A stretch of 64,000 nucleotides of DNA from Planctomycetota bacterium (GTDB lineage: Bacteria; Planctomycetota; SZUA-567; H5-PLA8). Every line of letters begins with the position of its first letter. Position 1 is the first letter of the stretch. The position numbers and the translations under genes were made by a program. Under the pieces are notes generated by a model, which saw only the letters and a program-made list of their open reading frames with translations, did not search any database and had not been told where the DNA came from. Where the stretch lies: contig BTVV01000003.1 in assembly GCA_045863855.1 (NCBI GenBank), forward strand, positions 1 through 64,000, in the 5' to 3' direction. Below are positions 15,232-26,500 of this stretch, in pieces.

Positions 15232-17724
15232 TTACGCCGGCTTGGCGCCGGGCGCGGGAAGACTCGCGCCCGGCGCAGGCGGCGCTTCGAAAGGCAGTTC
15301 GATCCAGAACGTAGAGCCCGTGCCGGGCGTGCTCTCCAGTCCGATCTGGCCGCCCATCAGCTCCACCAACCGCTTGCAGATCGCCAAGCCCAGCCCCGTT
15401 CCGCCGTAGCGGCGCGTGATCGATTCGTCGGCTTGCGTGAACGGGTTGAACAATCGGAGCCGAAGCTCCGGCGCCACCCCGATGCCCGTATCGCGAACTT
15501 CGATGCGTAAGCGGTCGTTGTCCGCAAGGTACGCGCGCAGGGAGATCTCGCCCTTGGCGGTAAATTTGACGGCGTTGCTGAGCAGGTTGAGCACCACTTG
15601 GCGCACGCGCACGGGATCGCCGACGGCTCGAGCCGGCACGCCGGGTTCGATCCGATCGCGCAGTTCGAGGCCTTTTTCCTTCGCGCGCGGTTCGACCAGA
15701 TCCATGGCTAGGCGCAGCGTTTGAGGCAGGTCGTAAGAGATGCGCTCCACGTCCAGCCGCCCGGCTTCGATCTTCGAGAAGTCGAGCAGGTCGTTGAGCA
15801 GCGCCATGAGCAGGTCGGCCGAATAATGCAGCGTCTGCGCGTAATCGCGCTGCTCATCGTTCAGTTTCGTGGTCAGCAGCAATTCGGTCATGCCGATCAC
15901 GCCGTTCATCGGGGTGCGGATCTCATGGCTCATGTTGGCCAGGAAGCTGCTCTTGGCGATCGCCGCAGCTTCGGCGGCTTCCTTGGCGCGGCGAAGTTCC
16001 TCTTCGGCGCGGCGGCGTTCGGCGATCTCCGCGGCGAGTCCGGCGTTTGCGGCGGTCAACTCCGCCGTCCGGGCCTCGACCATCCGTTCCACCTGCTTGG
16101 TCCGGCCGGTGACGACCAGCAGCATCGCGCCCAGCATCGCGCTGAACATCACGGCGCTGGCCAACAGCCACCAGGCTTGCAGCGAACGATGCGCCGCGAG
16201 GTACGTGGGCGCCGCCGAGACTTTCAGCCGGAAGGTCAAGCCGGCCGTCTCCCAGTCCGTCGTCCAGTTCACGGTTTGGCCCGCCGCCGCGAGAGCATCG
16301 TACGCTTGGCGGTCCTTGGGCCGGCCGTGCCAACTCGCCAAGGCCGGCCGCGTGCCGGCGCCGTTCGCTTCAGATAGTTCGAAATCCAATCCCGTAGCCT
16401 CGTGCGTATCCAGCGCTTCTTCGATCCAGCCGCGGATTCCAACCAAGGCGAACACATAGCCCTGCAGATTCCGCTGCCGGTCTTGCGGCGTTTCCAGCTT
16501 CGTTCGATTCGCATAAATCGGACGGCACAGCAGCAATCTGTCTGCCTGCCCTGCGCCATTTTTTCCGTAAATTGCCGCGCGCGAGCGCCCCGAAGTCGCG
16601 GACTGTTCCAGGATCGCGCGAAACGCGGGCACCGTGGCCGCATCGCGGCCCAGGTGGTCGGCGGCAAGAGTGGAACCGTGGAGGTACAGAATCGGAAACG
16701 CCGATTCGCTCGCGTCCGCATTGCGTTCGCTGCCCTTCCAGTCGCGTATCGCGAAATCGGGCGCGCCGCCCGTCCGCGCTGCCGCTTCGAATGCCGCGAA
16801 ATCCGCGCGGTTCACCCGTGGCGCCCAAGCCATCGCTTCCAGACCCGGGTGCAGCGAAATCGGGTTCTCCGTGAAGCTGCGAAACTCCTCGCGGTCGACT
16901 TCCACCGAACTGGCGTACAGGCTCTGCGTCGACCTCAGGGCGTCGCGGTACTTGTCGAAGGCTCGCTGCAGCGCGACTTCGTAAACTTTGGCGCGCTGCT
17001 CGAACTCGGTCTGAATCCGGATTTGGTCGCTGCGGCTGACGAACGCGAAGAGCACGATCGAGAGGGCGAAAGCCAGCAAAATGGGGAGCGCGACCGAAAC
17101 GCGCCGGTGCACCCAGACTTCCGGCGGTTGGCCCAGCGCGATCAACGTCAACGGCGCGAAGATCACCACGCCCAGGGAATCGCCGGTGAACCAAGTCCAC
17201 CAATTGAACGGCGCGGCCGCGGCGTCCACTGCGCCCGAAAGCCACAGCGCCCCCACGCCCACGGTTGCATTGACCAGACAGGCCAGCGGACCGCCCAGGA
17301 GCAGGAAGCGGAAAATGGCGCCGGGCTGCTCCAGGGGATTGGAAGCGCCCACCGATCGTTCGATCAACCACGCGCCCAGGCTCGCCTGAACGGTGGCTCC
17401 GATCCCGATCGCCAGCGGAAGCAGCAGCGCGGGAATCAGTCCGGCCGGTTCGTCCTGAAGCCAGACCTGGTGGCCGTTTAAAATAAAGGACCCCAGCAGC
17501 ACTCCGGGCGCGAGGCGCGGACCCCACAGCAGGAGCGCCACTAAGGCCAGTCCCGAGGGCGGCCAGACCGCGGTGGCGTAGCCCGGCGGGATCGCCAGGA
17601 AGAGCCCCAACTTTCCGAATGCAAAGTAACTCGCGGCAACGATCACCACGATCCCGAGAGTAATCGGTCGTGGAGGGGTGATCGCGTTCAGAGGGGCCCT
17701 ATTTTCGGGCATTCGGCTTTCCAT
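15232..17724 (-). CDS. Membrane sensor histidine kinase (MASE1-CHASE-HisKA-HATPase, no receiver domain)
   Basis: MASE1 AVWPPSG / [13 protein letters not shown] region; H-box [16 protein letters not shown]-box [11 protein letters not shown] boxes DTGIG and GGTGLGL. Confidence 0.93.
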   Translation of the reverse strand: MESRMPENRAPLNAITPPRPITLGIVVIVAASYFAFGKLGLFLAIPPGYATAVWPPSGLALVALLLWGPRLAPGVLLGSFILNGHQVWLQDEPAGLIPALLLPLAIGIGATVQASLGAWLIERSVGASNPLEQPGAIFRFLLLGGPLACLVNATVGVGALWLSGAVDAAAAPFNWWTWFTGDSLGVVIFAPLTLIALGQPPEVWVHRRVSVALPILLAFALSIVLFAFVSRSDQIRIQTEFEQRAKVYEVALQRAFDKYRDALRSTQSLYASSVEVDREEFRSFTENPISLHPGLEAMAWAPRVNRADFAAFEAAARTGGAPDFAIRDWKGSERNADASESAFPILYLHGSTLAADHLGRDAATVPAFRAILEQSATSGRSRAAIYGKNGAGQADRLLLCRPIYANRTKLETPQDRQRNLQGYVFALVGIRGWIEEALDTHEATGLDFELSEANGAGTRPALASWHGRPKDRQAYDALAAAGQTVNWTTDWETAGLTFRLKVSAAPTYLAAHRSLQAWWLLASAVMFSAMLGAMLLVVTGRTKQVERMVEARTAELTAANAGLAAEIAERRRAEEELRRAKEAAEAAAIAKSSFLANMSHEIRTPMNGVIGMTELLLTTKLNDEQRDYAQTLHYSADLLMALLNDLLDFSKIEAGRLDVERISYDLPQTLRLAMDLVEPRAKEKGLELRDRIEPGVPARAVGDPVRVRQVVLNLLSNAVKFTAKGEISLRAYLADNDRLRIEVRDTGIGVAPELRLRLFNPFTQADESITRRYGGTGLGLAICKRLVELMGGQIGLESTPGTGSTFWIELPFEAPPAPGASLPAPGAKPA

Positions 17725-17836
17725 TCCATACGGAGCATAGGGGGGGTTAATTTACCCGTAAAAAGCCGGCGCCACCACCTGCTTGCGCAGTCCCCGTACC
17801 GGTCGGTGCTTGGAGCGCGTGGTCGAATCCTCTAGC

Positions 17837-18613
17837 ATGACCGGAATGAGCGCCGCCGCATCCTCGTCCCTGACCTCCTCTGCTGCGCCGGAATTGCGCA
17901 ACGCCGGGGGCAAATCGCCCGCCGAAGTGCGCGAAATGTTCGGTCGCGTCGCGCGCCGCTACGATTTCCTCAACCACCTGCTCTCGCTGGGGCTCGATTT
18001 CACCTGGCGCCGCCGCCTCGCGCGGGAACTGGAGGGACTCGAATCCGGCGCCTGGCTGGCCGACATCTGCACCGGCACGGGCGATGTGGCCTTCGCGGCG
18101 AAGCGGCGCGTGCCCGGCCTGCGTGTCCTGGCGCTGGACTTCACGCCCGAAATGGTCGCTTACGGGCCGCGCAAAGCCGCCCGCAAAGGGGTGGGGGGGA
18201 TCGTCTTCGGCATCGGCGACGCGCTGCGCCTGCCGCTGTCCGATGCGTCCGCCGCCGCCAGCAGCGTCTCGTTCGGGATTCGCAACGTCGGCGACCTGGA
18301 ACGCGGCCTGCGCGAACTGGCCCGCGTCGTCCGCCCCGGCGGCAAGGTGCTGGTGCTGGAATTCACGAAGCCCCGCGGGCGCATTTTCGGCCCGCTGTAT
18401 ATGAGCTACCTCAAATACGTGCTTCCGCTTGTTGCGAAGCTGATCGCCTTCGCCGCCGGCGACGCGTACCGGTACCTGCCCAGCAGCATTCAAGCCTTCG
18501 CCGGACCCGAAGAGATGAAGCAGCGCATGGAGGCGATCGGGTTGAAAGACGTGCAGGCCGTGCCTTTGACCTTCGGGACGGTGCATTTGTATGTAGGGAA
18601 CAAGGCGAGTTAA
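17837..18613 (+). CDS. ubiE: Ubiquinone/menaquinone biosynthesis C-methyltransferase (UbiE/MenG)
   Basis: MFGRVARRYDFLNHLLSLG, DICTGTGD, SFGIRNV, RVVRPGG, AYRYLPSSI. Confidence 0.92.
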   Translation: MTGMSAAASSSLTSSAAPELRNAGGKSPAEVREMFGRVARRYDFLNHLLSLGLDFTWRRRLARELEGLESGAWLADICTGTGDVAFAAKRRVPGLRVLALDFTPEMVAYGPRKAARKGVGGIVFGIGDALRLPLSDASAAASSVSFGIRNVGDLERGLRELARVVRPGGKVLVLEFTKPRGRIFGPLYMSYLKYVLPLVAKLIAFAAGDAYRYLPSSIQAFAGPEEMKQRMEAIGLKDVQAVPLTFGTVHLYVGNKAS

Positions 18614-18714
18614 GTATTACAAAGGCCCATCGAGAAGAGAATCAGGTCTAAAGGGGGCGTGCTTCGGGCCTGCGGGTCGAGTTTCCGTGGCCCGTTGAAG
18701 TTAATAATTCGTTC

Positions 18715-19491
18715 CTAATTTCGATTCGATAATTCGCTTCGCACTCGCATTAGGGGAAAGAACTTCCCCGGGCAGACCGTGCTTCCGCCTTCGCGAATTT
18801 CGCCGTGCCCGTAGATACGCGTGGGCGGGATGCCGTGGCGCGCGCAGAGTTCGCGGCACAGGGCCACTACCGCTTGGAGTTGCGATTCGCTGGGCGGCGC
18901 GAGTTCGAAATTGCCGACGAGGCAGATCCCGATCCCGTGCGTATTGTAGGCGTTGCTGTTGGCGTGCGCGCCGGCTTCCTGCCGCCGCCAGCGCGGTCCG
19001 GCTTCGATCTCGCCGTCGGGCGTATCGGTGCCGTTCCCGATCACGAAATGGTAACCCAGGCTGCGCCAGCCGCGCTGCTGGCGGTGGTACGCGTCGAAGC
19101 TGGTGGCGCTTCCGCGCGTGGTGGCGGAATGGTGCAGCACGATGCTGGTCCATGCGTGGGCCGGCGCGTCGGGATCGGGCGAGAGCGGGTCGCCGCCGCG
19201 GATCGGCGCCGCGTAACCGGGCACCGACGGGGCTTCGGGCGCCGCTTCCTCGTGCGGCCGCCCGCCGGCTTGCGGCGAGGGGCTCAGGAGCGCCATGGTC
19301 AGGAGCGACAGCCCGCCCAGCGCGCCGAGGAGCAGAAAGGCGCGGCGCCGCTCGCGCCGTGGCGACCATGAATGCCGGTAGAACCGTTCGCCAACCGGGC
19401 GTCGCAACCGCGAAGCCTGCCGCCGCAGCGCTCGTTCACGCAATCCGCAAGCGATCCCGCGCAAGAATTCGGGCAGCGCGCGCAACGACAT
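18715..19491 (-). CDS. N-acetylmuramoyl-L-alanine amidase (Amidase_2/PGRP-like) with N-terminal TM anchor
   Basis: IVLHHSAT, LGYHFVIGNG, GAHA, IGICLVGNF, GHGE..TVCPG motifs; start uncertain. Confidence 0.88.
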   Translation of the reverse strand: MSLRALPEFLRGIACGLRERALRRQASRLRRPVGERFYRHSWSPRRERRRAFLLLGALGGLSLLTMALLSPSPQAGGRPHEEAAPEAPSVPGYAAPIRGGDPLSPDPDAPAHAWTSIVLHHSATTRGSATSFDAYHRQQRGWRSLGYHFVIGNGTDTPDGEIEAGPRWRRQEAGAHANSNAYNTHGIGICLVGNFELAPPSESQLQAVVALCRELCARHGIPPTRIYGHGEIREGGSTVCPGKFFPLMRVRSELSNRN

Positions 19492-19634
19492 CCGGTGACC
19501 TCGGGACGTGCCTGAACTCGAGCGGCGAAGACGCCTGATCGGTGTATCGGCAGGAAAGGGCGAGGCATGCAGCGGATTGGGCGGAAGCGGAGCGATGGCC
19601 GACGAAGGGCGGCGCCCGTCGGCCCGTCGGCGGG

Positions 19635-21020
19635 CTAGTTCACTTCCTTGTAGACCCCGTCGTTGTCCTTCGCGATGCCTTCGAGGAAGGACTTCATGCT
19701 TTCCTGGCCTTGCTCGGTGGGGTCGCCGGCGGCGCGGGTGTAAATACCGATGGTGTGGATGCGCACCTTCAGGGTGCTGTTGATGAACTTAATGCGCCGG
19801 CGGATCGCGTTGTTGCTCGGGGGCAGATCGCTGAATGCTTTGACCGACGGCATCCAGTGTCGCATCGGCATGGGCGCGCCGTCGGAAATCAGAAAGATGG
19901 TCTCGACGCCGTTGATGAGCGAGATTTCACGCAGCGCTTCTTCCAAAGCCCAAGCCGTCTCGGTGCCGCCGCCCGGGCGCATGTCGTCCAGGAAGGCTTG
20001 CGCCTGCTTCTTGTTGTGGGCCGTCGCCTGCACCATTACCGGATCGCGCATCCAGCGCTTGGTCGCGTTACTGTAGGTGATGATGTTGAAGAGCGTCTTT
20101 TCGGGCAAGCGGTTGATCAGTTCCTTCATTTCGGTCCGCGCGCGGTCCAGCCGGTTGGGATCGCCGCCCAGCTGCATCGAGCCCGAGACATCCAGTACGA
20201 AAACGATGCGGTTCTCGACCAGCGGGATCTCGTAGTAGCTCAGTTCTTCCTCGGTTTTGCCGGTGTTCAGCGTTTCGTAATTGAAGACGGGCTCGCCGGG
20301 CTTGGCCGTGAAGCCGGCCTTTTGCTTGTCCCACCAGCCCTGCCAGGTCGCGGCATCCTGATTGAACTCCTGGCCCGAGATCGCGCGCAGCGCCGCGGTC
20401 GCTTCGAAGCGCATGCGGCTGCCCTTCATCGAGCGCAAGTACTCGATCAGCGGCTCCATCGCCTTCGGATCGCCCATCCGCGCCAGTGCGCGCGCGCTGG
20501 CCACCTGCAGCGCCACGATCACCTCCGGCTTCAGATGCCGCAGAATCTCCTCCGTCGCCGCCGTGTACTTATGCGTGCTCAGCAATTCCATGCACGCCAC
20601 CTGCACCTGGAAATCGCGCGTGTTCTTGAGCAGCTTCAGGACGGCCTCGTCGAGTTCCGAACTCGCCGGATGCGTCAGCAGCCCCTGCAGGATCGTCGTC
20701 TGCGACATGCTGTCCATGCGCTGCAGGCCCATCACGAAAATGCCCACCGCTTCGGGCGAGCGCAACCGGCTCACCTCGACCTGCGTGTCGATCAACAGTT
20801 CTTCCCATTCGCGCAACGCGTGGCGGTTCGAACCGAACTGCTTGACCCCGCCTACGGCTTGGCTCAGCACGCCGCACAGCACGCCCGCGCCTTGCGCGTT
20901 GTCGTGCTGGCTGCACTGCTTGAGCTGCTCGCGCAGCGGGTCCACCGGGCTGGCCGCAAACAACGGCATGGCCAACGTCAGTAGCGTCCCCACGGCCCAT
21001 TCGAGTTGCCGCCGCTGCAT
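19635..21020 (-). CDS. Secreted HEAT-repeat + von Willebrand A domain protein
   Basis: Signal peptide; HEAT-like ARALARMGDPKAMEPLI and ALRAISGQEF; MIDAS motif FVLDVSGSM, GGTET, IFLISDGAP. Confidence 0.85.
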   Translation of the reverse strand: MQRRQLEWAVGTLLTLAMPLFAASPVDPLREQLKQCSQHDNAQGAGVLCGVLSQAVGGVKQFGSNRHALREWEELLIDTQVEVSRLRSPEAVGIFVMGLQRMDSMSQTTILQGLLTHPASSELDEAVLKLLKNTRDFQVQVACMELLSTHKYTAATEEILRHLKPEVIVALQVASARALARMGDPKAMEPLIEYLRSMKGSRMRFEATAALRAISGQEFNQDAATWQGWWDKQKAGFTAKPGEPVFNYETLNTGKTEEELSYYEIPLVENRIVFVLDVSGSMQLGGDPNRLDRARTEMKELINRLPEKTLFNIITYSNATKRWMRDPVMVQATAHNKKQAQAFLDDMRPGGGTETAWALEEALREISLINGVETIFLISDGAPMPMRHWMPSVKAFSDLPPSNNAIRRRIKFINSTLKVRIHTIGIYTRAAGDPTEQGQESMKSFLEGIAKDNDGVYKEVN

Positions 21021-21237
21021 GCATCACTCCAATCTGTACAAAGGTAAACCAGCCCGCCGACTTTGCCCGCAACGGCGGTGTATGTCCATGTGGTACCAAC
21101 GCCTGTGGACGTACTGGCCTGTCAAAAGTTTAGGTGATTCGTTCCGCATTGGTTCAGACCGCCTTGACGCCCGGAGCCCCTTAGCGCTACAACCGCGCGC
21201 AGTTGTACAAGGTGCAGCAACGAGGAGCTTCCTTCGA

Positions 21238-22500
21238 GTGGCCAGTCCGTCCCTACAACCGCCGCCGGGTCCGCACGCTGAGGCCGCGCAACGTGCGGTC
21301 GGAACGCTCCAAAAACGTCAAGATCTGCAACCCTTCTGGAGCAAAGTACGCGCCGCGGGCGACGAGTTGGTCGACCGCGCCGCCGAACTATGCGCCATTC
21401 CGGCGCCTACCTTTCACGAGCAGGTTCGCGGCGATTTTGTAGCACAGTTTCTGACCTTTTCTTGCGGCATCCCGGTTGAATCCGACGCGCTGGGGAACCG
21501 CTGGATCCGCATGGCCGGGGCGCTGGGGAGCGGCCCTCGAGTCATGGTTTCCGCGCATCTCGATACGGTCTTCCCCGCCGGGACCGATTGCACGGTCCGG
21601 CGCGAGACGACGCGCGTGATCGGCCCCGGCATCGGCGACAACTGCACCGGGCTGAGCCTGCTGCTGACGGCCGCAAAGTACTTGGCCGAAGCCGGCCGGC
21701 CGTTTGCCGGCGAACTGATCTTTGCCGCCAACGTCGGCGAGGAAGGCCTCGGGAATTTGAACGGGATTCGTGCGCTCTGCGAGCGTCTCGCGCCGGAACT
21801 CGACGCCGCCCTGGCGCTCGACGGCGGCTTGGGGCACATCGTCGGCGCGGCGGTGGGCAGCGTGCGCTACCGCGTCAAGGTGAGCGGCCCCGGCGGGCAT
21901 TCGTGGTCCGACTTCGGCAAGCCCAGCGCGATTCACCACCTTTCGCGCATTGCCGCCGAGCTGACCAAGCTCGAAGTGCCCGTCCAGCCGCGCACCACCT
22001 TTAACGTCGGCATGCTCGGCGGCGGGACCAGCGTCAACACCATCGCGCCGGAAGCCGAACTGCTCCTCGATCTGCGCAGCATCGATCCGCTCCAACTCGA
22101 ACTCCTCGACGCGCGCGCGCGCCGGCTGATCGAGCAAGTGCCCGTCCCGCCCGAACTGACCGTCCAGGTCGAAGATCTGGGCCGGCGGCCCACCGGCGAC
22201 CCCGCGCACACCACCGATTGGGTCGATGTCGGCCGCGCCGCCTGGACCGCGCTGAACGTGCCCGTCAAAGTCACCGCCAGTTCCACCGACGCCAACGTGC
22301 CGCTCGCGCTGGGCCTGCGCGCCTCGACCATCGGGACCCATCGCGGCGGCGGCGCGCATACCGAAAACGAATGGATCGAACCCTCCACGCTCGTCACCGG
22401 CTTCGAAGCGCTCCTGCTGGCGCTCCTGACCGGGCAGGCCGTCTTCCCCGCTCAAGCCGCACGTGCCGATGCGCTGCCGGAGGCGGCGGGCGACGATTGA
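21238..22500 (+). CDS. M20/M25/M40-family metallopeptidase
   Basis: SAHLDTVF, GIGDN, GEEGLG, GGHSW, STDAN, AHTENE; GTG start chosen from the GAGGAG RBS. Confidence 0.88.
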   Translation: MASPSLQPPPGPHAEAAQRAVGTLQKRQDLQPFWSKVRAAGDELVDRAAELCAIPAPTFHEQVRGDFVAQFLTFSCGIPVESDALGNRWIRMAGALGSGPRVMVSAHLDTVFPAGTDCTVRRETTRVIGPGIGDNCTGLSLLLTAAKYLAEAGRPFAGELIFAANVGEEGLGNLNGIRALCERLAPELDAALALDGGLGHIVGAAVGSVRYRVKVSGPGGHSWSDFGKPSAIHHLSRIAAELTKLEVPVQPRTTFNVGMLGGGTSVNTIAPEAELLLDLRSIDPLQLELLDARARRLIEQVPVPPELTVQVEDLGRRPTGDPAHTTDWVDVGRAAWTALNVPVKVTASSTDANVPLALGLRASTIGTHRGGGAHTENEWIEPSTLVTGFEALLLALLTGQAVFPAQAARADALPEAAGDD

Positions 22501-22658
22501 TAGCGGCAGGGGCGCAAAGGAATGAGTAAAACGTAATCCACGGCGCATGCGCAAAAGAGTCGTCGATTACTTTTTACTTATCGCTCCCCGTCCATCCCCA
22601 CTTTCCCCCTGCCGCTCCGCACAGTATCCTCTGCCAGCCCGTGCACCCGAGACCGAGC

Positions 22659-23150
22659 ATGTCCAAAGCGCCTGCCGCCGTCGAAAAGAAAGAGTACTTT
22701 AAGGTCGTCGCGACCAACCGGCGCGCGCGTTTCGATTACCACATCGAGGAGTCGCTCGAGGCGGGGTTGGAGTTGCACGGCAGCGAAGTCAAAAGCCTGC
22801 GCGCGGGGAAGGTCGATTTCGCCGACAGCTACGCGCGGATCTACGAGGGCCAGGCGTGGCTGGTGGGGCTGCGCATCACCCCTTACGAGAAGGCGTTTGT
22901 GGAAGTCCCCTTGGCCGACCGCCGCCGCAAGCTCCTGCTTGCGCGGCGCGAGATCGACAAGCTCCAGCAGAAGACCGAGCGCAGCGGATACACGATTGTC
23001 CCCCTGGAACTCTATTTCCGCGGGAATTGGGCCAAGGTGAAGCTGGGGGTCGGCAAGGGCAAGACTCGCGGCGACAAGCGCGAGACTCTTAAAGAGAACG
23101 CCGAACGCCGCGAGATGCAGCGCGAACGCCGCCGGCGCGAGAAAGAGTAG
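22659..23150 (+). CDS. smpB: SsrA-binding protein SmpB
   Basis: NRRARFDY..EAGLELHGSEVKSLR..RKLLL..GYTIVPL..GKGK..DKRE. Confidence 0.97.
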   Translation: MSKAPAAVEKKEYFKVVATNRRARFDYHIEESLEAGLELHGSEVKSLRAGKVDFADSYARIYEGQAWLVGLRITPYEKAFVEVPLADRRRKLLLARREIDKLQQKTERSGYTIVPLELYFRGNWAKVKLGVGKGKTRGDKRETLKENAERREMQRERRRREKE

Positions 23151-23560
23151 CGCGCAGGTCCAGTTTCCAGATTCCGGATGCCGGTGCACGGCGCAGGCCG
23201 GGTGACGCCCGGCTGGGCGCACCTTGCGCCCAGTTGAATCCGTGCGAGCCCGGGTCGGCCGCCTGGAAAATGGAAAGCTCAGACCGTCATTCCGATTCCC
23301 TGCTCGTTGTGTCAGGAGCGTCCCGGCTTGGATTGGAAATGCACATTGGTGCATTCATTTATGGGGATAGTTCTCTAAGAGGGCGATGCGGGGTGCGTCT
23401 TGGGCCTACGTCTCGGGAGCCTCTGTCCCGGGATCGGGGTGCGGGGAACGGTCTTGCGGTCCGGTTTGAGTTAGGTTTTTGGTTTTGCGTTTTGGTCCGA
23501 ATCCACGGATACTGGGCCACTCCTAACTCAAGAATCGGCAAGACGAAAGGGGCCACAGTG

Positions 23561-26500
23561 ATGGTTCGGCAACTGCTTTCGGAACGACGTGCGGGGAATC
23601 GGTCGACGCGAGCGCGCAGCGCGACGTGGACTTGGGCCTCGCTGTTGCTGTTGGCCCTGTCGGCGGCAGGCGCACAGGCGCAGACGGTGGTGGTGGATGA
23701 CTTCTCTGATGATGGTGGTGGCGCGGAACCTGTGGTGGCCAATTCCAGCACCAACGGGGTGGCCAATGTCGTCACTGGAGCCATAGGCGGCGAACGAGAC
23801 ATTACCATTACGGAGACGGGCGGCGCGAACATCACGGTCGGCGTAAACGGCGGAGGTGGATCGTTCGTCATCCAGTCTCAGGTGGGTGCCATTGGAACCT
23901 ATGAGGTTCAGTACGATTTAACCGATGGAGATGAGACCACGCTCGATTCGGCTGCTGGTTCTGGTTTGGCTGCCCTTAACCTCACGCTTACGTCAGGTGG
24001 AACTCAAAACGCCTTTGTCATTAACATGGCAAGCAATGCGGTTGCATTTACCTCCACCTTGCGGGTTTACTCGGACACCACTGTATTCAGCCGCTTTGAT
24101 ATCGCCTGGCCGGTTTCCGCCGCGCCGTTGCGGCTCGTGATTCCGTACAGCGCATTTGTCACGGGCGGCGGAGCCACGGGTCCGGCGGACTTCACGGCGG
24201 TTACCGCCATCACGCTTTCGGGAACGATTGCAGGCGGCGTGTCGCTTGCGCTCTCCCCAAACTTCGAGACCACGCAGGAAATTACCGCCTCGCTGGTCGC
24301 TAGCCTCCAGGTGGACGTGAACGGCGACGGCTTCTATCAGCCCGGCGACACGATCCGCTACACGGCCACGCTCACCAACCCGGACGACGACGCGAACCTC
24401 GCCATCAACAACGTCGATATCAATATTCCCATTCCCACAGATACGACCTTGGTTCCGGCATCGGTGGTGGCGGCAGGCGGGACGATCAACACGACCAATC
24501 CGGTCAACGTCACCTTCGCGAGCATCGCGGACAACGCCACGGCCGTCGTCACGTTCGATGTCCTGATTGACGATCCGCTCACCAACGCGGGGACCTTCCA
24601 AATCACGGCACAGGGTACGGTCCAGGAAGGACGCGCGACGCAGGACTTCATCGTGGATCTGCTCACTGATGACGAAGAGCCGCCGATGGGTAACGATCCG
24701 ACGGTCGTGGACCTCAACCATTTCATCACGGGTGTGGTCTTCGTTGACGACGATGGCGACGGCTTCGACAACGACACGATGCCGCTGGCCGGCGTCTCGG
24801 TTGAATTGTTGGACTCGGGTGGCACCGCCTTGGTGCCTCCGATTGTCGATATTACCGATGCCGCGGGCGCTTATGGGTTGAGTCCCCCGGCGACTGCGGG
24901 TCCGGACGATTACATCGTTCAAGTGACCCTTCCTGGGGGTCGGGCATTTACGGTGCAGGATCAGACGGTGCCGGCGGCGGACGACACCATCGACAGCGAC
25001 GTGGATACGGGCACGGGACAGACCGCCGTATTCTCGTTGGACAGGGCCACCAACATCGGTGATTTCGATGCCGGCGTCTTCACGCTCGTCACCATCAGCG
25101 GACGCGTCTTCGAGGATGTGGACGGCGACGGGCAGTATGACGGCGGCGTGACCGACCTTGACGAGCCGGATGGGTTTACGGTCAACTTGCTGGATGGCGC
25201 CGGCACGTTCATCACGTCCACCACGACGGCCACCGCCACGTACAGCTTTACCGGCCTCGCCCCTGGCAGCTATATCGTCGAGTTCGACGACGCCAGCTTG
25301 CGCGTAGGCTACGGTTTCACGACCCAGGATTCGGGCGCCGATGCCACCGACAGCGACGCCAATCCCGATTCGACGAGCCTGACGCACGGGCAGACGGCGG
25401 TCATCACGCTCACCAGCGGGGTGGACAACACCACCACCTTCGCGGGTACGGCCACGGCCACCATCAGCGGCCGCATCTTCGACGACCGCAACGACAACGC
25501 TCAATACGGCGCGCCGCCCGATGTGGACGGACCGGACGGATTCACCGTCAACATCTACGACATCAACGATCTGGTCACGCCCTTCGACACCACGACCACT
25601 TCGGGCGGAACGTACAGCTTCCAGCTCCCCCCCGGCGATTACGTCGTCGAGTTCGATCCGGCTGGCCTGGCCCTTTTCGGCACGAACTACACCTTCGTTC
25701 CGGCCGATGTGGGCTCCGACGCCACAGACAGCGACGCCAACGTCACCACCGGCCGAACCGGCACCATCACGCTTCCGGCGGCCACCGTGATCGGCAACGT
25801 CTTTGCCGGCGCGAACAACATCGTCGATCTGACGGTGACCAAGACGGTCAACAACCCGTCTCCTTCCGACGGCGGCACGGTGACCTACACGATCACCGTC
25901 ACCAACAACAGCACGCGCAATACCGCCGCCGCGGTTGAGATTACGGACGACTTAGCGGGCGGTTCGGGCGGCATCACCATTGTGGCGGCCAGTTCGGTGG
26001 CCAGTGCGGGCAGCTTTAACGAAGGCACGGGCGTGTGGGACGGCTTCTCGCTCGCTCCCGGCGCGACGGAAACGCTCACCTACGACGCCACCATCGACTT
26101 CGTCGCCGGCGGACCGCTCATCACCAATACGGTTGTCGTCACCGGCATCCAGGGCGTGGACCCGACGATCGAGGACCTCGACCAGGACGACAACGACGAT
26201 ACGGCCACCGTCTCCGTCTCGGGCGGGGCGATCAAAGTCACCAACATGAACTTGTCGCTCAACTTCAAGAAGCACCTCTTCCCCACGGCCAACCTCACCG
26301 ACACGCTCACCGCGAGCGGTCGGGTCAACTTGGCCGCGTTCGTTACGGCCAGCGTGGACGAAGCCGCGTTCCTCACGGAAGTCCGCTTCTACGCGTTCCG
26401 CGTGGTGGTCGGCACGCCCGGCGGGCCGGTGGACATCACGCTGAATACGCCGATGAAGGCCAGTTCCAAGCTGGTCTCGTGGCAAAGCAACCGCTCGGCT

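Noticed and set aside
20362..21237. N-terminal extension of the 712-aa peptidase ORF
   Set aside because: Antisense shadow of the HEAT-vWA gene plus the intergenic region
23151..23560. tmRNA (ssrA) next to smpB
   Set aside because: No tRNA-like acceptor or T-arm ends (GGGG.. / TTCRA..CCA) found on either strand
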